Positions 18,965 through 28,154 of a stretch of 64,000 bases of DNA are shown in pieces (the stretch's first letter is position 1; each line of letters begins with the position of its first letter). Location: the NCBI GenBank assembly GCA_041690135.1, contig JAWLHY010000003.1, forward strand, positions 416,001 to 480,000, written 5' to 3'. The stretch comes from Armatimonadota bacterium (GTDB taxonomy: Bacteria; Armatimonadota; SYMT01). The translations under genes were made by a program, and so were the position numbers. Below the pieces are notes generated by a model. That model saw nothing but the letters and a program-made list of their open reading frames with translations. It searched no databases and was not told where the DNA came from.

Positions 18965-20131
18965 ATGATCGGATTCGACTACCAGCCCCGGACCCGACTG
19001 ATCTTCGGCGCCAACTCGGTAGACAGGCTGGGCGAGTTGGCCCGAGAGCTCCCTTCCCGCCGGGTGCTGGTGGTCACCGACCCCGGCATCGCGGCGGCCG
19101 GACATCTCGACCGGGCCCGCCGCGCGCTCGAAGGCGCCGGCCTGGAGGTCGTCGTGTACGACCAGGTGCGGGAGAACCCGACCACCCTGGACGTGGACCG
19201 CTGCCTGGAGGTAGCGCGTGCGGCCGACATCGACGGCATCATCGGCTTCGGGGGCGGCAGCAGCATCGATACCGCCAAGGGCTGTAACTTCCTGCTGACC
19301 AACGGCGGGAGGATGCGGGACTACTGGGGCGTGGGCAAGGCCCCGCACCCCATGCTGCCGCTGATCGCCGTGCCCACCACTTCCGGTACCGGCAGCGAAT
19401 GCCAGTCGTTCGCCCTGATCGCGGACGAGGAGACCCACCAGAAGATGGCCTGCGGCGACCCGAAAGCAGCCGCGCGGGTCGCTCTCCTCGACCCCACCCT
19501 GACGCTTTCCCAGCCGCGCGCCGTAACCGCCTGCACCGGCATCGATGCCATCGCGCACGCGGTCGAGACCGCCGTGACGAAGAAGCGGAATGAACTTTCC
19601 CTGCTCTACTCGCGGGAGGCGTTCCGGCTGACGATCCAAAACTTCACGCGCGTCCTCGAGGCGCCGGACAACCTGGAAGCGCGCTCCGCCATGCTCCTCG
19701 GCGCAGCCTATGCCGGCACCGCCATCGAGAACAGCATGCTGGGCGCGGCCCACTCTGCCGCCAACCCGCTGACCGCCCACTACGGCATCATCCACGGCCA
19801 GGCGGTGGGGATGATGCTCCCGCACGTGGTCCGCTTCAATGCGGCCGAATCGCCCGCCCGCGAGCTGTACCAGGAACTCGCCCTGGCCGCCGGCCTCATA
19901 GCATCGACCGCCCCCCTGGGATCGGGCGCGGAAGCCATCGCGCGGAAACTCGAAGAACTCCTTGCCGCCGCGGGAATGCCCCTCTCGCCCTCCGGTCATG
20001 GCATGACGCCCGCTGCGGTGACGGATCTCGCGCCCGAGGCCGCCGCCCAGTGGACCGCCACCTTCAATCCCCGCCCCATCACCGCGCCCGACTTCGAGCG
20101 CCTCTACGCGTCCGCCCTGGCCGCCGGCTAA
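18965..20131 (+). CDS. Iron-containing alcohol dehydrogenase
   Basis: GGGSSIDTAK; PTTSGTGSE; DAIAHAVE; GAAHS..NP; HG metal ligands. Confidence 0.92.
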   Translation: MIGFDYQPRTRLIFGANSVDRLGELARELPSRRVLVVTDPGIAAAGHLDRARRALEGAGLEVVVYDQVRENPTTLDVDRCLEVARAADIDGIIGFGGGSSIDTAKGCNFLLTNGGRMRDYWGVGKAPHPMLPLIAVPTTSGTGSECQSFALIADEETHQKMACGDPKAAARVALLDPTLTLSQPRAVTACTGIDAIAHAVETAVTKKRNELSLLYSREAFRLTIQNFTRVLEAPDNLEARSAMLLGAAYAGTAIENSMLGAAHSAANPLTAHYGIIHGQAVGMMLPHVVRFNAAESPARELYQELALAAGLIASTAPLGSGAEAIARKLEELLAAAGMPLSPSGHGMTPAAVTDLAPEAAAQWTATFNPRPITAPDFERLYASALAAG

Positions 20132-20426
20132 ACCCCCAATCCCCAACCCCGATCCATCTCCCAACGCAACCACAAAGAACCCTGGCACTTCGTGGGCGTC
20201 ATAAGAAGCGGGCTTTCCTCGCGGGCGACTGCATTTCCGGGTGCCTTCCCGCCTTCGATCTGCGTAGTAGTAAGGGGTGCCGGGTCTGAATTCTCGTTCG
20301 AACGACCTTTTACCCGTAAGAGATATCAGGAAGCAAGTGCGGCACTCGGAGCGGCGCCGAATGGGTAGGGCGGTCGCTCTTACCGCACCCCGCGCATCCC
20401 GTCGCTTCTCTGGCAGGAGATTCGTT

Positions 20427-21560
20427 ATGCCCGCTTACGTGCCACGAGATACCTGGAAGAGGTTCCTTCTCACCGGCCTGGCGCTGACGCTCGGGGCTTC
20501 GGCGGCCAGCGCGTCCTGGCCGACCTTCCGGGGCTCGGCCAAGCAGTTGGGGTTGGCGCCCGGCAAGCTCTCCAGCAGCTTCAAGCTGAACTGGAAGTAC
20601 AAGACGAGCGGCGCGCTGCTCTCCTCGCCGGTGGTTCATCGCAACCGGGCCTATATCGGCGCGGGTGATGGTCACGTCCATGCCGTGGACCTGGCGAACG
20701 GCAAGAGGGTGTGGGCCTACAAGACCGGCGCGGCCATCGAGGCGCCGCCGGCGGTAGTGTCCGGGCTCGTGGTGATCGGCTCGTCGGACGGCATCCTTTA
20801 CGGACTGGACGCTGCCACCGGAAAGCCGCGCTGGAAGTACAAGACGGAAGACAAGATCCTCGGCGCGGCCAATCCCGTCCCGGCGGCGAAGGGGAAGGGC
20901 TGGTGGGTCGTGGTGGGCAGCTACGACAACAAGGTCCACTGCGTCAACGCCGCCACGGGCAAGGCGGTGTGGACCTACACCACGGAGAACTATGTCAACG
21001 GCACCCCCGCCATCGATGCCGGCCGGGTCATCTTCGGCGGCTGCGATGGGATGCTCTACGTTTTGAACCTGGCCGATGGTAAGCTCCTGAAATCGATCGA
21101 GATCCAGGACTACATCGCCGGATCCGCCGCGGTGGACGGAAAGATGGTTTACCTGGGCCACTACGGCAACGAGTTCGTGGCGGCGGACGTGGCGGGCGGC
21201 AAGGTGACCTGGAAGTACCGCGACCGCCAGTTCCCCTACTTCTCTTCCCCCGCGGTGACGGCCGACCGGATCGTGGTCGGCGGCCGGGACAAGCGGGTCC
21301 ACTGCATCGGCCGCGCGGACGGCAAGCCCCTGTGGGACTTCCGCACGCGGGGTAAAGTGGACAGCTCTCCGGTTATCTGTGATGCTAAAGTGGTGGTCGG
21401 CTCGGAAGATGGCCGGCTCTATGTCCTCAACCTGGCCGACGGGAAAGAGATCTGGTCCTACGATCTCGGCGCTCCCGTGATGAGCTCCCCCGCCGTGTCG
21501 GACGGCCGGGTAGTCATCGGCGCGAACGACGGCTACGTCTACGCCTTCACGGCCAAATGA
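20427..21560 (+). CDS. Exported PQQ-binding-like beta-propeller protein (8-bladed, BamB/AfsK-like)
   Basis: Signal peptide; W.TFRG; repeated SSP.V....V.VGS.DG..Y.L....GK..W blades; AGGAGA upstream of ATG 20427. Confidence 0.88.
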   Translation: MPAYVPRDTWKRFLLTGLALTLGASAASASWPTFRGSAKQLGLAPGKLSSSFKLNWKYKTSGALLSSPVVHRNRAYIGAGDGHVHAVDLANGKRVWAYKTGAAIEAPPAVVSGLVVIGSSDGILYGLDAATGKPRWKYKTEDKILGAANPVPAAKGKGWWVVVGSYDNKVHCVNAATGKAVWTYTTENYVNGTPAIDAGRVIFGGCDGMLYVLNLADGKLLKSIEIQDYIAGSAAVDGKMVYLGHYGNEFVAADVAGGKVTWKYRDRQFPYFSSPAVTADRIVVGGRDKRVHCIGRADGKPLWDFRTRGKVDSSPVICDAKVVVGSEDGRLYVLNLADGKEIWSYDLGAPVMSSPAVSDGRVVIGANDGYVYAFTAK

Positions 21561-21579
21561 TCCCCGGGAGTAATGATTG

Positions 21580-22914
21580 ATGGCTGGAACGGTCCAACTG
21601 GTACAGCTCGCGAATGAGAGCGAGACGAGGGCAGGCAACTACTTCGTCTCGAACTATCCCCCCTACTCGTTCTGGTCGCCGGATTACGTGGCCGACGCCG
21701 AAGCGGCCCTCAACCGCCCGCCGGCGCCCGGCACCCAGCTCGGGCTGTACATGCACATCCCGTTCTGCCGCCGCCGCTGCCACTTCTGCTACTTCCGGGT
21801 CTACACGGACAAGAACTCCTCGGAGATCCAGCGCTACCTGGACGCGGCCATCGCGGAGCTGGAGCTGTACGTCCGGAAGCCGTTCCTCGGTGGCCGGAAG
21901 CCCCATTTCATCTATTTCGGCGGGGGCACCCCCTCCTATCTCTCGGTCCGGCAGCTCACCTACCTCACGGACGGCATGAAGCGGCTGCTGCCCTGGGATG
22001 AGGCAGAGGAGATCGCCTTCGAGGCGGAGCCCGGCACCCTCACCGAGCCGAAGATGCGGGAGATCCGGAACCTGGGCATCACCCGTCTCAGCCTCGGGGT
22101 GGAGCACTTCGAGGACCGGATACTGAAGCTGAACGGCCGGGCGCACGATGCATCCGCCATCGACCGGGCCTACGGGTTCGCCCGCTCCATCGATTTCCCG
22201 CAGATCAACATCGACCTCATCGCGGGCATGATGGGCGACACCACCGAGGGGTGGCAGGCCTGCGTGCAGAAGACGATCGAGCTGGCTCCCGACAGCGTGA
22301 CCATCTACCAGATGGAGATCCCGTACAACACCACCATCTACCAGGAGATGAAGGCGCAGGGAGCCGAGATCGCGCCGGTGGCGACGTGGGGCACCAAGCG
22401 GGAGTGGGTGCGCTACGCCTTCGAGCAGCTCGAGAAGGCGGGTTACACCGTCACGAGCGCCTACACCGCCGTCAAGGACCCGGCCAGGACCAAGTTCATC
22501 TACCGCGACCAGCTCTGGACGGGGGCGGACCTCATCGGGTTGGGAGTGGCCTCCTTCTCCCACATCGGCGGCACCCACTACCAGAACCAGCACAACTGGG
22601 ACCCCTACATCGAGCGCTTGAGCGCGGGCCAGCTCCCGATCTACCGGGCGCTCACCCCCACGTCCGAAGAGCGGATGATCCGGGAGTTGCTGCTCCAGTT
22701 CAAGCTGGGTCACGTCAATGCCGGCTACTTCCGCGAGAAGTTCGGCGTGGAGCTCACCGACCGGTTCGTCGAAGCGCTGGGGCGCCTGCAAGAGTGGGGT
22801 TACCTGAGCATCGAGGGTGACGAGCTGCGGTTCAACCGCGACGGCCTGCTGCAAGCCGACCGCCTCATCCACGAATTCTTCCTGCCGCAGCACCGGGATA
22901 AGAGGTATGCCTGA
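21580..22914 (+). CDS. HemN-like (class C) radical SAM enzyme
   Basis: LYMHIPFCRRRCHFC (CxxxCxxC); YFGGGTPS; RLSLGV; NIDLIAG; LIGLGVAS; HemN-type C-terminal domain. Confidence 0.9.
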   Translation: MAGTVQLVQLANESETRAGNYFVSNYPPYSFWSPDYVADAEAALNRPPAPGTQLGLYMHIPFCRRRCHFCYFRVYTDKNSSEIQRYLDAAIAELELYVRKPFLGGRKPHFIYFGGGTPSYLSVRQLTYLTDGMKRLLPWDEAEEIAFEAEPGTLTEPKMREIRNLGITRLSLGVEHFEDRILKLNGRAHDASAIDRAYGFARSIDFPQINIDLIAGMMGDTTEGWQACVQKTIELAPDSVTIYQMEIPYNTTIYQEMKAQGAEIAPVATWGTKREWVRYAFEQLEKAGYTVTSAYTAVKDPARTKFIYRDQLWTGADLIGLGVASFSHIGGTHYQNQHNWDPYIERLSAGQLPIYRALTPTSEERMIRELLLQFKLGHVNAGYFREKFGVELTDRFVEALGRLQEWGYLSIEGDELRFNRDGLLQADRLIHEFFLPQHRDKRYA

Positions 22915-23566
22915 TCCGGGTTTGACCGGGCCACAGGGGCTGGGCGATGCCGTGGCCGGGGCGCGCCAGGCGGTGGAGAGTGGGGTCGTTTCCCGGCCCC
23001 CCTTCGATCCGCGCAGCGTGCCGATGGGGCTGGCCATCAGCGACCTGCTCTATCCGCTCGGCGAGTTCTACGCGGAAGCGGGACGTCCCCTGCCGCCGGT
23101 CGTGCAGGTGCCGGGGGAACAGGTGCCGGAGCCTTATCGCCAGCTCCTGGTGCACGCCAGCGACATGACGCCCACGCTGGAGCGGTTCCACGGCGACACG
23201 ATCCACCTGCGGCCGCTGCAGCGGCGCCTGGTGGACGACACCATGTGCCGGCAGGTAGTGCTGACACTGGATGAAAGCCTCCGGCCCGTGGAGTATGGCG
23301 CCATCGCCATCCACTGCCGGCACTTCCCGGAGGAAGCGCGCCAGTTGATCGTCGAGAGCCGCTGCCCGCTCGGCACAATCCTCAACCGTTACCGGATCCC
23401 GCACTTCAGCCGCCCGCGCGCCTTCTTCCGGGTCACCGCCGACGACTTCATGAACGAGGCGCTCGGCTTGACCGGCCGCCAGGAGCTCTACGGCCGCCGC
23501 AATGTTCTGCTCGCCCCTGGGGATGTTGTACTGGCCGACGTACTCGAAATACTCCCTCCCGGATAA
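22907..23566 (+). CDS. Chorismate pyruvate-lyase / UTRA-fold protein (UbiC/DUF98-like)
   Basis: LL.H..DMT..LE; RQVVL; PLG.IL; YGRR pattern of the chorismate-lyase fold. Start may be ATG 23024. Confidence 0.6.
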   Translation: MPDPGLTGPQGLGDAVAGARQAVESGVVSRPPFDPRSVPMGLAISDLLYPLGEFYAEAGRPLPPVVQVPGEQVPEPYRQLLVHASDMTPTLERFHGDTIHLRPLQRRLVDDTMCRQVVLTLDESLRPVEYGAIAIHCRHFPEEARQLIVESRCPLGTILNRYRIPHFSRPRAFFRVTADDFMNEALGLTGRQELYGRRNVLLAPGDVVLADVLEILPPG

Positions 23567-23667
23567 GCTGTGCGATAAGGTGCGACGGAATTGGCAAGCT
23601 TCACCGTAGGGCATGCAGGGAAACCAGATCTCCCGGTGTCGGTTCGAGAACGCTATGTTTTCTTTCG

Positions 23668-23714
23668 AGTCCGCGCAGGCGGACTTCGGTTAGTTAGCCG
23701 CGGGTTTTAACCCG
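23668..23714. repeat. REP-like palindrome
   Basis: AGTCCGC-GCAG-GCGGACT hairpin followed by TAGCCGCGGGTTTTAACCCG; related in inverse orientation to 32278-32325 and 18807-18866. Confidence 0.7.
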
Positions 23715-23724
23715 AGGACGGCCC

Positions 23725-25053
23725 ATGCGCATCATTCAACTGACTCCCGGCACCGGTAGCTTCTACTGCGGCACCTGCCTGCGCGACAACGCCCTGGTGA
23801 CGGAGCTGCGCCGCCGCGGGCACGATGCGATGATGGTGCCGCTCTACCTGCCGCCCACGCTGGATGAAGCGCCTGCCTCCGCGGAGAGTCCGCTTTTCTA
23901 CGGCGGGATCAACGTCTACCTCCAGCATAAGTCCGGCCTGTTCCGCAAGACGCCGCGGTGGGTGGACCGCCTGCTGGATGCGCCGGGCGTGCTGAAGAAG
24001 GCGGCCGGCCGCGCGGGGATGACGGCCGCGAGCGAGCTTGCCGACCTGACGCTCTCGACACTCCGCGGCGAAGAGGGGAACCAGCTCAAGGAGCTGGACC
24101 GCCTGGCCGAGTGGCTGGCGACAGAGGGCCGGCCGGACGTCGTCTGCCTCTCCAATATCCTCCTGATCGGGCTCGCGCGCCGGATCAAGCAGCTCACCGG
24201 GGCGCGCGTCCTCTGCACGCTCCAGGGCGAGGACTCGTTCATCGACAGCTTTCCGGAGCCGGACCGGCAGGCCTCCTGGGATCTCCTGGCCGAACGCGCG
24301 GCCGACGTCGACCTGTTCGTGGCCGTGAGCCACTACTATGCGGACGTGATGACCCGCCGCGCGCGCCTTCCCGCGGACCGGGTGCACGTGGTGTACAACG
24401 GGATCTCGCTGGACGGCTACAATCCGGCTCCGGCCCCGCCCGACCCGCCGGTGCTGGGCTACCTCTCCCGGATGTTCCACGCGAAGGGTCTGGGCACACT
24501 GGTGGAGGCCTACCTCCTGCTGCGGGCGAGTGGTCGCGTCCCGGGCCTCAAGCTGCGGGTCGCCGGCACGAAGCTTTCCGTGGACGACGCCTACCTCGGA
24601 ATGCTGCGGGCGCGCCTGGCGGAGAAAGGGGCGGAAGGGGACGTGGAGTTCCTGCCCAATATCAGCCGGGAGGAGAAGATCGACTTCCTGCGCGGCCTTT
24701 CCGTCCTCTCCGTGCCGACCACCTACGGCGAGTCGTTCGGCCTTTACCTGGTCGAGGCGTGGGCCGCGGGGGTGCCGGTCGTGCAGCCGCGCCACGCCGC
24801 TTTCCCCGAACTCCTGGAAGCCACCGGTGGGGGATTGCTTTGCGAGCCGGACGACGCGCAGTCGCTGGCGACTTGCCTCGAACAGGTGCTCACCGACCCC
24901 AGGCGGGCACGCGAGATGGGCCTCCGAGCCCGTCGGGTCGTCGAGGAGCGCTTCAGCGTTCAGGCCATGGCCGAGGGCGTGGAACGCGTCCTCACCGGCC
25001 CCCCCTCTGAGGCGCCGCTGTTTGCAGAGCCCGTCACTGCCATGCGAGAATAG
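23725..25053 (+). CDS. Glycosyltransferase family 4 (GT-B) with N-terminal CxxC
   Basis: VVYNG; R....KG; ESFGLYLVEAWAAGVPVV (Ex7E); N-terminal FYCGTCLRDN. Confidence 0.88.
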   Translation: MRIIQLTPGTGSFYCGTCLRDNALVTELRRRGHDAMMVPLYLPPTLDEAPASAESPLFYGGINVYLQHKSGLFRKTPRWVDRLLDAPGVLKKAAGRAGMTAASELADLTLSTLRGEEGNQLKELDRLAEWLATEGRPDVVCLSNILLIGLARRIKQLTGARVLCTLQGEDSFIDSFPEPDRQASWDLLAERAADVDLFVAVSHYYADVMTRRARLPADRVHVVYNGISLDGYNPAPAPPDPPVLGYLSRMFHAKGLGTLVEAYLLLRASGRVPGLKLRVAGTKLSVDDAYLGMLRARLAEKGAEGDVEFLPNISREEKIDFLRGLSVLSVPTTYGESFGLYLVEAWAAGVPVVQPRHAAFPELLEATGGGLLCEPDDAQSLATCLEQVLTDPRRAREMGLRARRVVEERFSVQAMAEGVERVLTGPPSEAPLFAEPVTAMRE

Positions 25054-25070
25054 GCCAAGAGGTCATCAAG

Positions 25071-25319
25071 ATGGAAGTAATCGAGGACTCCAGAGCCCAG
25101 GAAGTCTACGAGCGGCACGTGCGCACGCTCAGCCCCACCGCGCAACTGCGCCTGATGGCTTTAACGGCTCAGGGCCTGGCGGAGAGTGAGGGCGGAGAGG
25201 CACCCCCGCGCCGGAGTATCATGGAGCTTTGCGGTTTAGGATCCGAAATCTGGCGCGGCGTTGATGCTCAACAGTACGTGAACGAGCTTCGAAGCGAGTG
25301 GGACGACCAGCCGCAATGA
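25071..25319 (+). CDS. Putative type II antitoxin
   Basis: RSIMEL.GLG.EIW.GVDAQ.YV..LR.EW tail typical of PIN-associated antitoxins; ATGA overlap with the toxin. Confidence 0.7.
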   Translation: MEVIEDSRAQEVYERHVRTLSPTAQLRLMALTAQGLAESEGGEAPPRRSIMELCGLGSEIWRGVDAQQYVNELRSEWDDQPQ

Positions 25320-25762
25320 AGGTCGATGAGGCGCTTCGCGGCGTGTCGAGAATAGCACTGGACACGGCGCCCGTCATCTACTTCATTGAGAGGCACCCAG
25401 CTTACATTACACGGGTCACCGAGGTGTTTCAAGAGATCGATCGGGGGCACCTGGAAGGGTACACTTCTGCTGTCAGCCTGTGCGAGGTTCTGGTTCACCC
25501 GATCCGGCAGGGCAATAACACCCTGGCCCACACCTACCAGGAATTACTCCTCGGCAGTGCAAATTTCGTAACCGCCCCCATTGACTCCCGGGTCGCCGCC
25601 AAAGGTGCTGAACTGCGGGGGCGTTACAACCTACGCACGCCGGACGCCTTACAGATCGCCGTAGCCCTAGAGTTCGGGTGCCAGGCGTTTCTAACGAATG
25701 ACACCGGTTTCCGCAGGGTGGATGACCTAAGGGTGTTGGTGTTGGATGACTTGCAGGTGTAG
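25316..25762 (+). CDS. vapC: PIN-domain (VapC-like) toxin
   Basis: LDT..VIYF; S...L.E; LRTPDALQIA; FLTND acidic PIN residues. Confidence 0.85.
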   Translation: MKVDEALRGVSRIALDTAPVIYFIERHPAYITRVTEVFQEIDRGHLEGYTSAVSLCEVLVHPIRQGNNTLAHTYQELLLGSANFVTAPIDSRVAAKGAELRGRYNLRTPDALQIAVALEFGCQAFLTNDTGFRRVDDLRVLVLDDLQV

Positions 25763-25807
25763 TGGATAACTACCAGAACAACCCCTTATCGAGCGCCAAC
25801 CATCGAA

Positions 25808-26263
25808 ATGGCATATGAATACAGAGTAACGATTCGCGTTCAGTTCGCCGACACGGACCTCGCGGGGATCGTTCACTTTTCGAATTTCTTCCGCTACATG
25901 GAGACCGCCGAGCACGCCTTCTTCCGCTCGCTCGGCACCTCGATCCACGCAGAGCATGAGGGCCGCACCATCGGCTGGCCGCGGGTGAAGGCGACTTGCG
26001 AGTACCGGGCCCCGCTCAAGTTCGAGGACGAGGTGGAGGTCCATCTCCTCGTGCGGGAGAAGAAATCCAAGTCGTTGACCTACGACTTCATCTTCCGCAA
26101 GGTCAACGGCGATACTCCGGTGGAAGTCGCGCGGGGTTCGGTCACGGCCGTGTGCGTGACGCTGGACGAGCAGACCCGCCGGATGAAGGCAACCGCTATT
26201 CCCGACGCCATCTATAACCAGATCGAAGTGGCGCCGCACGAATTATTAGAAGGAGCAGCTTGA
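25808..26263 (+). CDS. Acyl-CoA thioesterase (4HBT/YbgC hot-dog fold)
   Basis: RVQFADTDLAGIVHFSNFFRYME; C.Y.APL.F.D. Confidence 0.88.
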   Translation: MAYEYRVTIRVQFADTDLAGIVHFSNFFRYMETAEHAFFRSLGTSIHAEHEGRTIGWPRVKATCEYRAPLKFEDEVEVHLLVREKKSKSLTYDFIFRKVNGDTPVEVARGSVTAVCVTLDEQTRRMKATAIPDAIYNQIEVAPHELLEGAA

Positions 26264-26823
26264 TGGGAGGCGCGCAGCAGCAGTCGGGCATGGCCTGGCT
26301 GGCATTCGCCCTGATGACGGTGGCGTCCTGGGGGGTTTACGGGGTCTTCCTGCACACCGGCCAGATGGCCATGCAGGACCCGGTCAATGGCCGGTACAAG
26401 GCGTTCCTCTTCGTGGGGATCGCCTACTTCCTCACGGCCGTGCTCGCTCCCCTGATCCTGCTGATGATGCGGGGGGCTTCGTGGGATATGCCCGCCCGGG
26501 GGATGACCTGGTCCCTGATCGCCGGGATCGTGGGGGCGATCGGCGCGTTCTGCGTGCTGCTCGCCTTCGGCGCGGGCGGGAAGCCGCCGTACGTAATGTC
26601 GATCGTCTTCGCCGGCGCGCCTATCGTCAACGCCGTCGTCTCCCTGGCGATGCACCCGCCGCACGGAGGCTGGTCGACGATCAAGCCGCAGTTCGTGCTC
26701 GGCATGGTGCTGGCCGCCGTCGGCGGTCTGCTGGTCACCCTCTACAAGCCGGCCGATAAGCCCGCGGCCAAGCCGGGAGCGCCGCCGGCCCACGCCGTGG
26801 TTTCGGAAGGGAAATCTGCGTGA
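26260..26823 (+). CDS. Integral membrane protein (EamA/DMT-like half transporter)
   Basis: About 5 TM helices; V.SWG.YG start motif; overlaps both neighbours. Confidence 0.6.
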   Translation: MMGGAQQQSGMAWLAFALMTVASWGVYGVFLHTGQMAMQDPVNGRYKAFLFVGIAYFLTAVLAPLILLMMRGASWDMPARGMTWSLIAGIVGAIGAFCVLLAFGAGGKPPYVMSIVFAGAPIVNAVVSLAMHPPHGGWSTIKPQFVLGMVLAAVGGLLVTLYKPADKPAAKPGAPPAHAVVSEGKSA

Positions 26824-28115
26824 GTGCTGCGGAGTATCCCGACCGCAGCCGCCTGGAAGCCGAACAGCTCCGGCTGCTGCGTGGGATGATCGCGGAGCTG
26901 GTTCCCGCGAACCGCTTCTACAGCCGTAAATGGGAGGAGGCCGGGATCGCCGGCCTCCCCGCCTCCCTGGAGGAGTTCTCGCGCCTCTATCCGCTGACCC
27001 GGAAAGAAGAACTGGTGGAAGACCAGCGCGCGCAGCCTCCCTACGGTACCAATCTCACCTATCCGCTGGAGCGGTACACCCGCTTCCACCAGACCAGCGG
27101 CACCACCGGGCAGCCCCTGCGGTGGCTCGATACCAACGCCACCTGGAGCTGGATGGTCGATAACTGGGTCGAGGTGTTCCGTGCGTCCGGGGTGACCCAT
27201 CACGACCGGATCTTCTTTGCCTTTTCCTTCGGTCCGTTCCTCGGCTTCTGGACCGCTTTCGAAGCAGGGCTCCGCCTGGAAGCACTCTGTCTTCCCGGTG
27301 GTGGCATGAGCACCCAGGCGCGACTCCGGGCGATCCTCGATAACCAGGTCACCGCCCTGTGCTGCACGCCGACCTACGCGATCCGCCTGGGAGAAGAGGC
27401 GGCCGCGGAGGGCGTCGACCTCGGCCGGAGCATGGTGCGTACCATTGTGGTGGCCGGCGAGCCGGGGGCGGGTATTCCCGCCACGCGCGCCCGGATCGAG
27501 CGTCTCTGGCCGGGAGCGCGGCTGTGCGACCACCACGGCATGACGGAAGTCGGCCCGGTGACCTTCGAGTGTCCCGCCCGGCCCGGCGTGCTCCATGTGA
27601 TCGAGCGGAGCTTCATCGCCGAGGTGATCGATCCGGCGACCGGATCTCCCGTCCTTCCCGGAGAGATCGGCGAGCTCGTGCTGACGAACCTGGGGCGGGT
27701 CGGCTCCCCGTTGGTGCGGTACTGCACCGGCGACCAGGTCCGCCGTTCCATCTCCGAGCCGTGCGCCTGCGGACGCAGTGACTTCGCACTCGATGGCGGG
27801 ATCATGGGCCGGACCGACGACATGGTGGTGATCCGGGGCGTGAACGTTTACCCGACGGCGCTGGAGGCCATCGTGCGGAAATTCGAGCGGATCGCGGAGT
27901 ACCGCGCGGAGATCCATAGCGAGGGACCCATGCCGGAACTGCGAGTTCTGCTGGAACCGGTACCCGACTGTGGAGACGTAACCGCATTGGGAGCCGAAGT
28001 CGAGGCCGCCCTCCGCACGGCATTCAACCTCCGCACGCCGGTGTCCGTGGTTAGCCCGGGGTCGCTGCCCCGGTTCGAGCTCAAGGCCAAACGCTGGGTC
28101 CGCGTCGATCGTTGA
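26820..28115 (+). CDS. Phenylacetate-CoA ligase (PaaK-like) family aryl-CoA ligase
   Basis: QTSGTTG; CTPTY; AGEPG; HGMTE; RY.TGD; GRTDDMVVIRGVNVYP; C-terminal KAKR. Confidence 0.9.
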   Translation: MSAAEYPDRSRLEAEQLRLLRGMIAELVPANRFYSRKWEEAGIAGLPASLEEFSRLYPLTRKEELVEDQRAQPPYGTNLTYPLERYTRFHQTSGTTGQPLRWLDTNATWSWMVDNWVEVFRASGVTHHDRIFFAFSFGPFLGFWTAFEAGLRLEALCLPGGGMSTQARLRAILDNQVTALCCTPTYAIRLGEEAAAEGVDLGRSMVRTIVVAGEPGAGIPATRARIERLWPGARLCDHHGMTEVGPVTFECPARPGVLHVIERSFIAEVIDPATGSPVLPGEIGELVLTNLGRVGSPLVRYCTGDQVRRSISEPCACGRSDFALDGGIMGRTDDMVVIRGVNVYPTALEAIVRKFERIAEYRAEIHSEGPMPELRVLLEPVPDCGDVTALGAEVEAALRTAFNLRTPVSVVSPGSLPRFELKAKRWVRVDR

Positions 28116-28154
28116 CGACCGGTGCGAGACCCCGAAGGAAACAGGAAAACGATC

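Noticed and set aside
21580-22914. Calling the radical SAM gene hemN (heme biosynthesis)
   Set aside because: Only the family fold is evident and the context is not tetrapyrrole-related, so the symbol was withheld.
26820-28115. Phenylacetate catabolism (paaK)
   Set aside because: There are no paaABCDE/paaZ genes in the window and the substrate cannot be read from sequence.
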